Origin: Candidatus Peregrinibacteria bacterium CG_4_9_14_0_2_um_filter_41_14 | GTDB taxonomy: Bacteria > Patescibacteriota > Gracilibacteria > UBA1369 > UM-FILTER-41-14 | NCBI GenBank assembly: GCA_002788755.1 | Contig: PFRW01000050.1 | Span: 1 to 52,070 of the forward strand | DNA length: 52,070 bases | Direction of reading: 5' to 3' | Shown: positions 11,674 through 21,521 of the stretch, one piece after another | Layout of the letters: each line of letters begins with the position of its first letter | Numbering within the stretch: the first letter of the stretch is position 1 | Notes under the pieces: generated by a model | What the model saw: the letters and a program-made list of their open reading frames with translations, nothing else | Told to the model about the DNA's origin: nothing | Database searches by the model: none | Position numbers and translations under genes: made by a program

Positions 11674-14226
11674 ATGGCAGAAGAAAACAACAATAACGAA
11701 CAGAGTGATCAGCTTTTTGGCGAAGGTGAAGAGGTCACCAGAGATCGACTAAAGGACATAAATATTACAGAAGAAATGGAGAAAAATTACCTCACATATG
11801 CAATGAGTGTAATTGTTTCACGGGCGCTTCCTGATGTAAGAGATGGTTTAAAGCCTGTACATCGTCGTATTTTATATGCGATGAAGGATTTAGGTTTGAC
11901 GTCGAGTGCCAAATTTAGGAAGTCTGCTACCGTTGTCGGTGAAGTGTTGGGTAAATACCATCCGCATGGTGATACGGCGGTTTACGACTCTTTGGTTCGT
12001 TTAGCGCAGGATTTCTCGATGCGTTATATGCTGATAAATGGACAAGGTAACTTTGGTTCGGTGGATGGCGATAATGCTGCGGCCATGCGTTATACTGAGG
12101 TTAAATTACAAAAAATTACGGACGAAATGTTGGCTGATATTGAAAAAGAGACCGTTGATTTTAGAGACAACTATGATGGCTCACAACGAGAACCAACTGT
12201 ATTGCCGACTAAAATTCCTCAGCTACTGCTAAATGGTGGTATGGGAATTGCCGTGGCAATGGCAACATCGATTCCGCCACATAATTTGAGAGAAGTAATG
12301 GATGCGGTAATTCATCTATTGGATGATCCGGAGGCAGGAGTAGATGATTTAATGCAACATATTAAAGGGCCCGATTTTCCAACCGGAGGCACTATTTATG
12401 ACCAAGAAGCAATTAAAACAATGTATGCAACTGGGCGTGGAGGAATTGTAATGCGAGCTAGAGCAAATATTGAGGAATCTGGGCAGGGTCGACATAGAAT
12501 TATTTTTAGTGAAATTCCATACCAAGTAAATAAGTCGACTTTGATTACCAAAATTGCCGACTTGGTTCGAGATAAAAAAATCATGCATATTAGCGACATT
12601 CGTGACGAGTCAAATCGCGAAGGGATGCGCATTGTTATCGAGTTAATGAAGTCAGCATATCCTAAAAAGGTTCTAAATCAGCTTTATAAGATGAGCCAGT
12701 TACAGACTCGGTTTAATATGAATATGATCGCTTTGGTGGATGGTTTGCAGCCACGGTTACTTAATTTAAAACAAGTAATTGGCTATTTTATTGCCCATCG
12801 CAAGGAGGTTATTGTGAGACGTACTGAGTTTGATTTACAAAAAGCTAAAGACCGTGCACATATTTTAGAAGGCTTGAAGGTAGCGTTGGATCATATTGAT
12901 GCTGTAATTGCCACAATCCGTGGTTCGGCAACTAAAGAAATTGCGCATGATGAGTTAATGGAGAAATTCTCACTTTCAGATAAGCAAGCGACAGCGATTT
13001 TAGAAATGCGATTACAAACTTTAGCTGGTTTAGAAAGACAAAAAATTGAAGATGAATTAGCCGAAAAATTGGCATTAATTATTGAACTGGAATCAATTTT
13101 GATGGATCCAAGTAAAATTTTGACAATTATTAGAGAAGAATCTTTAGCAATAAAAGAAAAGTATGGGGATGAGCGTAAAACAGAGGTAGTGCCAACAGCG
13201 CTTGGTGATATTACATCTCTGGATACCGTGCCAAATAAACCGATGATTGTGACAATTACAGAAGAAAATTATGTTAAGCGTATGCCGCCAACAACTTTCC
13301 GGGCGCAAAAACGTGGTGGAAAGGGAGTAATTGGCTTAACGACAAAAGAAGATGATGAAATTATGGGGATATATTATGCAATGAACCATGATGATATTTT
13401 GTTTTTTACGGACAAAGGGCGTGTCTTTCAGCTTAAGGCATTTGAAATTCCAGAGGCGGCTAGAACAGCTAAGGGGCAAGCAATTATCAATTTGTTACAA
13501 TTAGAAAAGGATGAGCGTGTTACTTCTGTTTTAGTTATTGGTACCGAATTTAAGGGTAAATATCTAATTATGGGAACCAAGGAAGGTACAGTTAAAAAGA
13601 CAGAGATGAATGAATACAAAAATCTCAAACGAAATGGCTTAATTGCAATCAAATTGCGCAAAGGCGATTCGTTGGAATGGGTGCGACAAGTTGATCCTCA
13701 AGATGAAATCATTATTGTGACAAATGGTGGAAAATGTATCCGTTTTGACGAGGCTGATGCCAGACCAATGGGACGTTCGGCAATGGGCGTGCGTGGAATT
13801 CGCTTAAAGAAAGAGGATTTTGTTGTGGAAATGAATGTGGTTAAGGCACCGGATAAAACTAAATTGTTTGTGATTATGGAAAACGGTATTGGTAAATGCA
13901 CCGAGATTACCGAGTATCGTAAGCAAAACCGTGGTGGTGCGGGAATTTTAACTGCCCATGTTACTAAAAAAACAGGGAAAATTGTAGGAGCGAGAGCCAT
14001 TGAAGAAGGTGTTAATGCCGACTTAATTATTGTTTCTAAATCCGGGCAAATTATTCGTCTGCAAACAGATAATATTCCGGAGCAAGGTCGGGCAACGCAA
14101 GGTGTATACATAATGCGTGTTCGTGGTGAAGATAAAGTGGCTTCGCTATCGTTAATCAGCAATCCCCTTGCGGAGGAAGGTGAAGAAGAGGAAGTAGATG
14201 AAAACCAAGAAGTACTGCCTGTTTAG
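11674..14226 (+). CDS. gyrA: DNA gyrase subunit A
   Basis: Motifs [22 protein letters not shown], catalytic AAMRY and GyrA-box QKRGGKG, plus an acidic tail. Confidence 0.98.
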   Translation: MAEENNNNEQSDQLFGEGEEVTRDRLKDINITEEMEKNYLTYAMSVIVSRALPDVRDGLKPVHRRILYAMKDLGLTSSAKFRKSATVVGEVLGKYHPHGDTAVYDSLVRLAQDFSMRYMLINGQGNFGSVDGDNAAAMRYTEVKLQKITDEMLADIEKETVDFRDNYDGSQREPTVLPTKIPQLLLNGGMGIAVAMATSIPPHNLREVMDAVIHLLDDPEAGVDDLMQHIKGPDFPTGGTIYDQEAIKTMYATGRGGIVMRARANIEESGQGRHRIIFSEIPYQVNKSTLITKIADLVRDKKIMHISDIRDESNREGMRIVIELMKSAYPKKVLNQLYKMSQLQTRFNMNMIALVDGLQPRLLNLKQVIGYFIAHRKEVIVRRTEFDLQKAKDRAHILEGLKVALDHIDAVIATIRGSATKEIAHDELMEKFSLSDKQATAILEMRLQTLAGLERQKIEDELAEKLALIIELESILMDPSKILTIIREESLAIKEKYGDERKTEVVPTALGDITSLDTVPNKPMIVTITEENYVKRMPPTTFRAQKRGGKGVIGLTTKEDDEIMGIYYAMNHDDILFFTDKGRVFQLKAFEIPEAARTAKGQAIINLLQLEKDERVTSVLVIGTEFKGKYLIMGTKEGTVKKTEMNEYKNLKRNGLIAIKLRKGDSLEWVRQVDPQDEIIIVTNGGKCIRFDEADARPMGRSAMGVRGIRLKKEDFVVEMNVVKAPDKTKLFVIMENGIGKCTEITEYRKQNRGGAGILTAHVTKKTGKIVGARAIEEGVNADLIIVSKSGQIIRLQTDNIPEQGRATQGVYIMRVRGEDKVASLSLISNPLAEEGEEEEVDENQEVLPV

Positions 14227-14248
14227 ATCTAATTTTTGCTAAAAAATT

Positions 14249-15478
14249 ATGCGCACTGCTACCCGTTTAATTATTGCCGGTTTACTGGTTAGTTTAATGG
14301 GGGCAGGGCTTGCATTTGCTGCTAATGCCGACTTGTACGTTACTCAGGGGGGCATTAGTTTAGCAACGGACAATGTTTTTGAAGGCTCGCCGGTGCGAAT
14401 TTATGCAACGGTTGGCAATAATGGCACTAAAGATGCCCGCGGTTTAGTTCGATTTTTTTTAGATACGGATGTGTTAAAAATCGGGAGTGATCAGCCAGTT
14501 GCCGTAATAGCCAACAATAGCGACGTGGCATATGTTGATTTATATCCACCGAAAGGACAGCACACGATTATTGTGCGCGTGTTGCCGTGGGACCCAAGCG
14601 AGGATGCGCCCGGCAACAATATAGCCAGCCGAGCAATTTGGGTAAAAGCTGATAATGATCATGACAAAATTGCGGACGATGAAGATACAGATGATGATAA
14701 TGATGGCGTGATTGACACAAAAGATGCCTTCCCTTTTGATAAGAATGAAAGTTTAGATTCAGACTCCGATGGCCAAGGCAACAACACTGACTTTGACGAT
14801 GATAACGATGGTGTACCGGATGAAAATGATGCACTCCCTCTAGATCCAACCGACAGTGAAGACAGAGATGGCGATGGCATAGGCGATAAAGCCGATCCCG
14901 ACGATGACGGTGATAACTTAGATGATGCTGACGAACTAATGATTGGTTTAGACCCTACCAAACCGGACACAGATGGTGACGGAGTTTTGGACGGTGATGA
15001 TGCTTTTCCATTTGATCCAAAGCTAGCATATGACACAGATAAAGATGGTATTGGTAATGAAATCGATAAAGATGATGATGGCGATGGAATTGTTGATGAG
15101 GAAGATCCCATGCCATTAAACGCAGGGCCAAAACTTGAAGTAAACTTGAGTACGATTAAAGCAGCAAACTTTAGAATTGTTTTTGATGCCGGGCGTTCTT
15201 TTGATCCGGACGGGGAGATTGCCAAAATTGTTTGGGATTTTGATGGCGTAATTAAGGAAGGACCTCAAGTTGTACATGTTTTTCAGGAGCCCGGTCTTAA
15301 AAAGGTGACGGTAACTGCGTTTGATAACATGGGTGAAGGTCGCAAACGAGTATATGAAATTAAAGTATGGGGGTTTGGGACTGTGTTAATTTTAATGTTC
15401 ACCCTAATTGTACTTGCTCTTGCATTTACAATTGGAGTTATTTATAGTCTGCGTGCTCAAAAAAATTCCAATTTATAG
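14249..15478 (+). CDS. Surface protein: CARDB-like domain, thrombospondin type 3-like DxDxDG repeats, PKD domain and C-terminal TM
   Basis: Signal peptide, VGNNGT..A, many DxDxDG / DAFPFD units, FDAGRSFDPDG...WDF and a hydrophobic C-terminus. Confidence 0.85.
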   Translation: MRTATRLIIAGLLVSLMGAGLAFAANADLYVTQGGISLATDNVFEGSPVRIYATVGNNGTKDARGLVRFFLDTDVLKIGSDQPVAVIANNSDVAYVDLYPPKGQHTIIVRVLPWDPSEDAPGNNIASRAIWVKADNDHDKIADDEDTDDDNDGVIDTKDAFPFDKNESLDSDSDGQGNNTDFDDDNDGVPDENDALPLDPTDSEDRDGDGIGDKADPDDDGDNLDDADELMIGLDPTKPDTDGDGVLDGDDAFPFDPKLAYDTDKDGIGNEIDKDDDGDGIVDEEDPMPLNAGPKLEVNLSTIKAANFRIVFDAGRSFDPDGEIAKIVWDFDGVIKEGPQVVHVFQEPGLKKVTVTAFDNMGEGRKRVYEIKVWGFGTVLILMFTLIVLALAFTIGVIYSLRAQKNSNL

Positions 15479-15519
15479 GTTTAGCCGTGCCTTAACTCGG
15501 TATCATTAACCATTTGACT

Positions 15520-15825
15520 ATGAAACCTAATATTCACCCAGAAATGTACGACGTTGTATTTGTAGACTCTTCTAGTGGAGCTCAGTTTATTACAACATCA
15601 ACAGTTAAAAGCGAAGAAACAGTAAAAATAGGTGGTAAAGAGTATTTCGTAATTAAAGTAGAAACTACATCCGATACACATCCGTTCTTTACAGGTAAAC
15701 AAAGATTACTTGATACGGCCGGTCGTGTTGATAAATTCCGAGCTAAGCAAAAGGCAGCTGCCAAATATGATGCCGAAAACCCAGCCGAGGTTGAAGAAGA
15801 AGCTATGGTTGCTGAGGAAGCGTAA
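15520..15825 (+). CDS. rpmE2: 50S ribosomal protein bL31 type B (Cys-free)
   Basis: MKPNIHP...VVFVD...HPFFTGKQRLLDTAGRVDKF; no CxxC motifs. Confidence 0.95.
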   Translation: MKPNIHPEMYDVVFVDSSSGAQFITTSTVKSEETVKIGGKEYFVIKVETTSDTHPFFTGKQRLLDTAGRVDKFRAKQKAAAKYDAENPAEVEEEAMVAEEA

Positions 15826-17446
15826 GGCTGCGTGAATTATAAGGAAAAACTCGCATATTAATTGTAGCTTCTTGATTAAAGATTTGTTTTGCAAAATTCT
15901 CTAGATCTGCTTGAAATGCATCCAGTTGATCTTGTTGAGTTGCAGGTATCTTGATATCAAAGCCAATGGTATATTTGGTAATGTTGCTTAATTCAAATTC
16001 ACTATTAGTGTCGATATTTTGCCATTTTATTGTGAGGTTTGTAATGTCGGCATTAGTGACTATGTTTTGGTCGAAAAAATTATGAAATCTAAGAATTAAG
16101 TCTTGGTGATAGATTTCGGCAGGTGTGAGTTTGGGGATTATATCGGTTTCACTGTATTGGGGAATGATAGTCCAAATTATGTTTGCTGTTTCTCGAACTT
16201 GTAATTTGGCTTGGAAGCCAGCGATTAATTGCTGTTGTTCATCCTTGGTAAGACTTTCGCCTGGTGTTAAAGTAATAATAGGTTTGATAGCCCAGGCCAT
16301 TTTCGAGGTATCAGCTGCTTCCTTAGTTACATCTGCAACTTCCAGTTTGACAATTGTAGCGGTTGGGAGCTTTTCTTTTAGAAAGTCGCGAAACTGGGTG
16401 GAAATTACATCGACGGGATCAGGCTTACTTTTTTGGGTTTCGGAAATAATACTGGCGACAGGAATGATATCAATTTTGAGGTCGACTTTACGGCTTAGTG
16501 ATTGACCAAGTTCGTCAGCAATTGCGTTTTTGGTTTCCAGATAGAATTCTGAGCCTTGTGGAATTCTGATTGTGCCGGATATTTGAGCGCTATCGTTAGT
16601 TACGTTTAATAATTTTAGCTCACTAAGTTTGGCATTTGGAATTTTTTCACTTAATACATTTTCCAAATAATTTTTTGCTTTGAGCTCGATGCTAATGCGT
16701 GTAGAAATCTTTTGAAGGGAGGAGACTAGCGGGATTGAGATAAGACCAATCAGTAACAGTAAAATCGTAATATCTTTAAAGGCATTGATTTGTTTAAAAC
16801 GTTGATTTGGGGCAAAACCATAAAGAAAGAACATGATAATTCCTACAAAGACAATTGCGACTAAATTGGTAAAGAAGAGAAATAAACTCCCGCTAAACTG
16901 CGCATAATTGTGAAAGGCGAGTTCGATTCCGGCTACGGCAAGTGGCGGTAACAGGGCGGCGGACATAGCCACACCGGCGACGCTTTCGCTATAGCGTGTG
17001 GAAGAAAGAGATAGGAAGACGACAATGGCTGATGCCAAAGCAATAAACAAATCGAGGAGGTTGGGCGTAGTGCGCGCAAGAATTTCGACTGTTTCAATCT
17101 GCAATGGTACTAAGCTGGCGGTTAAAAAACCAATGCCAACAGCTAGCATTACACTAATTAAGATAATCCTTAATCCCCTGGTAATATTAGATGACTGGCC
17201 TGTGGTTATACCAAAAGCGAGAAGTTCGATTGGTCTAAAGAGAGGGGCAATCAGCATCGCACCAATAACAATGGCGATTGAATTTTGCAACAAACCTAAA
17301 CTGGCAATAATACTGGATAAAATGATTTCGATCCAGTAGGCAGTATCGGCACGGAACTCTTCAATTAGTTTTGTGGACATGGCACTTTTTTGACCGTCGC
17401 TTAGTCCAAGAAGAGCGAATTTCTGTTTTTTGGGGATTTCCTCCAT
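15803..17446 (-). CDS. DUF389 / TIGR00341 family membrane protein with long C-terminal extension
   Basis: Motifs GLLQNSIAIVIGAMLIAPL, EILART.PNLLDL and GVAMSAALLPPL. Confidence 0.88.
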   Translation of the reverse strand: MEEIPKKQKFALLGLSDGQKSAMSTKLIEEFRADTAYWIEIILSSIIASLGLLQNSIAIVIGAMLIAPLFRPIELLAFGITTGQSSNITRGLRIILISVMLAVGIGFLTASLVPLQIETVEILARTTPNLLDLFIALASAIVVFLSLSSTRYSESVAGVAMSAALLPPLAVAGIELAFHNYAQFSGSLFLFFTNLVAIVFVGIIMFFLYGFAPNQRFKQINAFKDITILLLLIGLISIPLVSSLQKISTRISIELKAKNYLENVLSEKIPNAKLSELKLLNVTNDSAQISGTIRIPQGSEFYLETKNAIADELGQSLSRKVDLKIDIIPVASIISETQKSKPDPVDVISTQFRDFLKEKLPTATIVKLEVADVTKEAADTSKMAWAIKPIITLTPGESLTKDEQQQLIAGFQAKLQVRETANIIWTIIPQYSETDIIPKLTPAEIYHQDLILRFHNFFDQNIVTNADITNLTIKWQNIDTNSEFELSNITKYTIGFDIKIPATQQDQLDAFQADLENFAKQIFNQEATINMRVFPYNSRSLTLPQQP

Positions 17447-17507
17447 ATTTGTTGCTATGGGTATCTCTATATTGTACCATATTTTTCGATAATTGTTAGA
17501 ATAAAAT

Positions 17508-18662
17508 ATGTTTGAGTTTGAGATTAAAACTAAATCTAAAAATACTGCTGCGCGAACAGGTCAATTTGTTTTGCCGCGTGGCACTATTAAAACGCCTGTA
17601 TTTATGCCGTGCGGCACTAAAGGCATGGTAAAAACAATGCTTCCGGATGAGCTTAAGGCACTGGGTGTGGAGATTATTTTGGGAAATACTTATCATTTAT
17701 ATTTGAGGCCGGGTGAAAAGTTAATTGCACAAGAAGGCGGTTTACCAAAATGGAACAACTGGAATGCACCAATGCTATCGGACTCGGGAGGGTTTCAGGT
17801 TTTTTCTTTGCAGGGTACCCGTAATGATTCTGGTAAGTCGTTGATTAAAATTGATGAGGATGGCGTGGAGTTTAGGTCGTATTTAGATGGTTCAAAACAT
17901 TATTTTACGCCGGAGAAGGCCGTAGAAATTCAGTCGAAAATTGGTGCCGATATTATGATGGCTTTTGATGAGTGCTCCGCTGCTAATGTAACTAAAGATT
18001 ACGCACGAGCCGCCATGGGGCGGACACACCGCTGGTTTAAAAGATGCTACAAGCGACATGATGAGTTAGAGATGGGGGCCCCCACTAAACTGCCACAGGC
18101 TCTGTTTCCGATTGTACAAGGAGGAATGTTTGCGGATTTACGAACGGAGTCAGCTACATTTTTAAACGGATTTGATGCGCCAGGTGTGGCAATTGGTGGT
18201 TTGTCTGTTGGAGAAACTAAGGAGCAGATGTTGGCAATGTTGGATGTTGTGATGCCGATTTTGAATGATGATCGACCAAGGTATTTAATGGGTGTGGGGT
18301 CGCCGGATGATTTAATTGAAGGTGTGGCGCGCGGGGTTGATATGTTTGACTGCGTTTTACCCACAAGGCTGGCGAGACATGGTGCTTATTGGGATCAATT
18401 TGGTCGCCAAAATATTAAGCTGGAGCAGAATAGAGACGATAAGCGCCCACTAATGGAAGGGTGTGACTGTTCTACTTGTCAGCAGTTTGAACGAAGCTTT
18501 ATACGCCATCTATTTGTAGAAAAGGAAATTACGGGGCTGCGCTTATTAACAATTCATAACTTGCGCTACCTCACAAGATTAATGGAACAAATACGAGAAG
18601 CAATTGATAGGCAAGAATTTGACCAATTCCGCCAGCAGTTTTGGTTAAAATGGCGAGATTAG
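17508..18662 (+). CDS. tgt: Queuine tRNA-ribosyltransferase (TGT)
   Basis: Motifs TPVFMP, NTYHL, DSGGFQ, FDEC, GGLSVGE, YLMGVG, DMFDCV and Zn site CDCSTC...H. Confidence 0.97.
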   Translation: MFEFEIKTKSKNTAARTGQFVLPRGTIKTPVFMPCGTKGMVKTMLPDELKALGVEIILGNTYHLYLRPGEKLIAQEGGLPKWNNWNAPMLSDSGGFQVFSLQGTRNDSGKSLIKIDEDGVEFRSYLDGSKHYFTPEKAVEIQSKIGADIMMAFDECSAANVTKDYARAAMGRTHRWFKRCYKRHDELEMGAPTKLPQALFPIVQGGMFADLRTESATFLNGFDAPGVAIGGLSVGETKEQMLAMLDVVMPILNDDRPRYLMGVGSPDDLIEGVARGVDMFDCVLPTRLARHGAYWDQFGRQNIKLEQNRDDKRPLMEGCDCSTCQQFERSFIRHLFVEKEITGLRLLTIHNLRYLTRLMEQIREAIDRQEFDQFRQQFWLKWRD

Positions 18663-18716
18663 ATTTTTATAATATTGCTATAATGCTAAAGTGAATGCCA
18701 ACTGTAATTAAAAATT

Positions 18717-19289
18717 ATGATTGGATATTTGAAAGGAAAAATTGTTCATATGGAAGCCAGAACAATTACGATTTTAACTGGTAGCGGTGTTGGCTATAGG
18801 GTTTTTGCGCCACAATCTTTATTATCTGCACAAGACATTAATATGGGAAATGAGGTTGAACTCTATATCTACACCCATTTTCGCCAAGACACTTTTGAGC
18901 TTTATGGATTTATGGAGAACTCGACTCTGATTTTCTTTGAGTCGTTAATTAGTATTAATGGTGTTGGACCAAAATTGGCGATGGATATATTGGCGGCGCC
19001 TATCCATAAAGTCCAAGAAGCAATTCAGGCTGAGGACACTAGATTCTTGCAGTCTATTAAGGGGCTTGGCAAAAAAACTTCAGAGCGGATGATTTTGGAG
19101 CTTAAAGGTAAATTACCTAAATTTTTGCATGATCGAGATGAAAATACTGTTCAGGTTTCGGATGATATTATTGAGGCATTGTTAAATTTGGGATACAAGC
19201 GTCGGCATGTTGATTTGGTTTTGGAGAAACTACCGGCCGACTTGGAAGCCGCTGAGGATATAATCAAATTTTTTCTACAAAACGTTTAA
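18717..19289 (+). CDS. ruvA: Holliday junction branch migration protein RuvA
   Basis: MIGYLKG, GVGY, LYGF, HhH motifs INGVGPK and IKGLGKK, and ALLNLGY. Confidence 0.95.
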   Translation: MIGYLKGKIVHMEARTITILTGSGVGYRVFAPQSLLSAQDINMGNEVELYIYTHFRQDTFELYGFMENSTLIFFESLISINGVGPKLAMDILAAPIHKVQEAIQAEDTRFLQSIKGLGKKTSERMILELKGKLPKFLHDRDENTVQVSDDIIEALLNLGYKRRHVDLVLEKLPADLEAAEDIIKFFLQNV

Positions 19290-19423
19290 AGCTTGTAAAA
19301 GCGGTTTACGCGGTCGTAACTGGATAACATCTTGCCTTGCTGTAAATTTATTGCCGAAAACAATTGCCTCATATCAATCTGGTCATATAATGACATTAAT
19401 AAAAAATTTAAATAAAAACACAA

Positions 19424-20479
19424 ATGACACACCTCGATACTCTTCCCAAAGTTCAGGAATTGATTAATAGTTTATTGATCGTTTTGTCCGAGAAAGAAAA
19501 GTATATTGTGGAAAATCGCTTTAGCTTGAATGATCATCCACGCTTAACGTTAGAAAAGATTGGTGAAAAATACAACGTAACGCGAGAGCGCATCCGCCAA
19601 ATTGAAAAAAATGCATTACGCAAATTATCACGAAATGTGAACAATACACAGTTACGTGATTTGACCTCTATGGCACTGCAAATTTTGGAAGATAATGGTG
19701 GCGTAGTCAGTGAAAAAATGATGGTAAATGAAATGTTAAAACTAGCTGATAGCAAGGAAGGTATTGATGTGAGCAGTTTAAAATTAACTATCGATTTAGA
19801 TAAAGGTCTAGTGCGTGAGCATAACACAATCCGGTTTCGCCCTTTTTGGCGTTTGGTAGATCTAAAGCCACGTGATATTCGCAAGGCATGTGATGCGGTA
19901 AAAAAGGAATTGAAGAAAAATGAAAAAGTAATGAGTGCAGCAAAACTAGCAACACATTGCCAAGAAAAAAATGGAATTGCGTGTGCAAATGAAGCATTTA
20001 TAAAATCGGCCGCTCGCTTAGATCGTGACTTGAAGGTTGTTTCCGACGGTGTAGGTTTAGCAAGTTGGCGTGATATCAATCCAAAAACACTGCGTGATAA
20101 AATCTTCTATGTCTTTAATGAAATGAAGAAGCCACTGCATTACATCGATATTTCTAATCAAATTACAGAGCTTAGTTTTGATAATAAATCAGTTAATACA
20201 CAGGCTGTACATAATGAACTAATTAGATACGATGAGTTTATTTTGATTGGTCGTGGTATTTACGCCTTAAAATTTTGGGGATATGAAGAAGGGACAGTTG
20301 CTGATGTGATTGAAAAAGTTTTGATTGAACACGGTGAACTTGAACGTGATGAAATCGTGGAAAAGGTATTAGAAAAGCGCCAAGTCAAAAAAATCACAAT
20401 TTTGCTAAACCTAAAGAATAAAGATCAATTTACTAAAACTAAGACTGATAAGTACAAACTGACAACAGCAGCTAAGTAA
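19424..20479 (+). CDS. Sigma70 region-4 HTH protein fused to C-terminal winged-HTH (HARE/RpoE-like) domains
   Basis: LSEKEKYIVENRF...TLEKIG..YNVTRERIRQIEKNALRKL; C-terminal PLHY..I...VHNELI..FILIGRGIYAL. No sigma region 2 is recognisable. Confidence 0.8.
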   Translation: MTHLDTLPKVQELINSLLIVLSEKEKYIVENRFSLNDHPRLTLEKIGEKYNVTRERIRQIEKNALRKLSRNVNNTQLRDLTSMALQILEDNGGVVSEKMMVNEMLKLADSKEGIDVSSLKLTIDLDKGLVREHNTIRFRPFWRLVDLKPRDIRKACDAVKKELKKNEKVMSAAKLATHCQEKNGIACANEAFIKSAARLDRDLKVVSDGVGLASWRDINPKTLRDKIFYVFNEMKKPLHYIDISNQITELSFDNKSVNTQAVHNELIRYDEFILIGRGIYALKFWGYEEGTVADVIEKVLIEHGELERDEIVEKVLEKRQVKKITILLNLKNKDQFTKTKTDKYKLTTAAK

Positions 20480-20495
20480 TTAGATCTGCTTTTGC

Positions 20496-20524
20496 TTGAC
20501 GATTGGGGTACGATTTGATAAAAA
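20496..20524 (+). promoter_or_regulatory. Putative promoter of tRNA-Val
   Basis: TTGACG-17 bp-TAAAAA, 23 nt upstream of the tRNA. Confidence 0.5.
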
Positions 20525-20547
20525 GGTCTACGTACCCTTATTATTAT

Positions 20548-20624
20548 GGGCGGTTAGCTCAGTTGGCTAGAGCGTCTGGTTTACACCCAGAAGGTCATTG
20601 GTTCGACCCCAATACCGCCCACCA
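20548..20624 (+). tRNA. tRNA-Val (anticodon TAC), CCA encoded
   Basis: Cloverleaf: acceptor GGGCGGT/ACCGCCC, D arm GCTC/GAGC, anticodon stem TCTGG/CCAGA with loop TTTACAC, T arm ATTGG-TTCGACC-CCAAT. Confidence 0.97.
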
Positions 20625-20638
20625 GGTAGACGATAAAA

Positions 20639-20676
20639 TAAAAAAATTCCCTCCTCACTAGCGTTCAAACGGAGGG
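20639..20676 (-). terminator. Terminator-like hairpin with a large loop, downstream of the C39 peptidase gene
   Basis: Minus strand CCCTCC-16 nt-GGAGGG followed by AATTTTTTT. Confidence 0.45.
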
Positions 20677-20731
20677 GGTCACAGGACACTGCAGTTAGGC
20701 GGCGTCGAAGTTAGATGTAACATCCTAGGGG

Positions 20732-21511
20732 TTAGGATTGTGGCTTTACAACGATCATGGCTTTGCGCTCGGTGAGGATGGGATTCTTGTGTCCGCTTGG
20801 ATAATCTCTAATAGCTTCAAAAAGTGTGGTGTATGAATATATGTAGTCTTTACCGTTACGTGTGCCTGGATCGTTAGTGATAAAATGAGATTTGGCGTCG
20901 TTGTAGCCGGTAATTACTAGGGCGTGGCGTTCGGGGCCGCCGTTGGTAAAATTGGGATTATGGAGCGCAATGCCGTTTGCGGGAATAACGATGATATTAC
21001 CGCTTGCCAATTGGCTGCGCATATCGTCAATTGTAAAGTCGTAAATTAGTTCTGTATTTGAATAATGCAAATAATCGGTCATTAGTCTTTGGGTGTCGGC
21101 GGCGGATGAGTCGTTGTGGAAACCATAATTTTCATCTTCGTAAGCGGACATGGCGAGGATTTCTGCTAAGGCTTCTGTGTTTGTGAGGGCTTGGCCGGTT
21201 GCCCATCCGTAGGCCATTAAAAGGGAGGCTTCTTCGCAACCGTCTTGCTGGCGGTCGTCCGCCCAATCACCAAATGGGGCTTGAGAGATAAATGGCACTT
21301 TGTGAATTTTTTCGGCAGGTAGCTGTTGTGGGGTGGCTTCGGATTCGTACTCAATCGGAATAATTTCGATTTGTCGCTGTGCTTCTTTAACCAAATTTTG
21401 TACTCGGTTAATTGGATTAAGTGACTGGCCCCAATAATACAAAATGAAGGTACTGGAGATGACAATTCCCATGATAATAATTAAGATTAAATTGCGTTGA
21501 CTAATTTTCAT
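20732..21511 (-). CDS. C39-like family peptidase with N-terminal membrane anchor
   Basis: VPFISQAP, catalytic GCEEAS, HALVITGY and NDPG. Confidence 0.88.
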   Translation of the reverse strand: MKISQRNLILIIIMGIVISSTFILYYWGQSLNPINRVQNLVKEAQRQIEIIPIEYESEATPQQLPAEKIHKVPFISQAPFGDWADDRQQDGCEEASLLMAYGWATGQALTNTEALAEILAMSAYEDENYGFHNDSSAADTQRLMTDYLHYSNTELIYDFTIDDMRSQLASGNIIVIPANGIALHNPNFTNGGPERHALVITGYNDAKSHFITNDPGTRNGKDYIYSYTTLFEAIRDYPSGHKNPILTERKAMIVVKPQS

Positions 21512-21521
21512 TTATATAGGA

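Noticed and set aside
14640..15110. GAT/GAC-rich periodic DNA as a nucleotide repeat array
   Set aside because: Explained by protein-level DxDxDG repeats with diverged codons.
20625..20680. Possible theta/HDV-like ribozyme right after the tRNA-Val CCA (G start, CCTCCTCAC resembling L3)
   Set aside because: No downstream complement to GGTAGAC to form P1; the only GTCTAC is upstream of the tRNA. The nested pseudoknot cannot be built.
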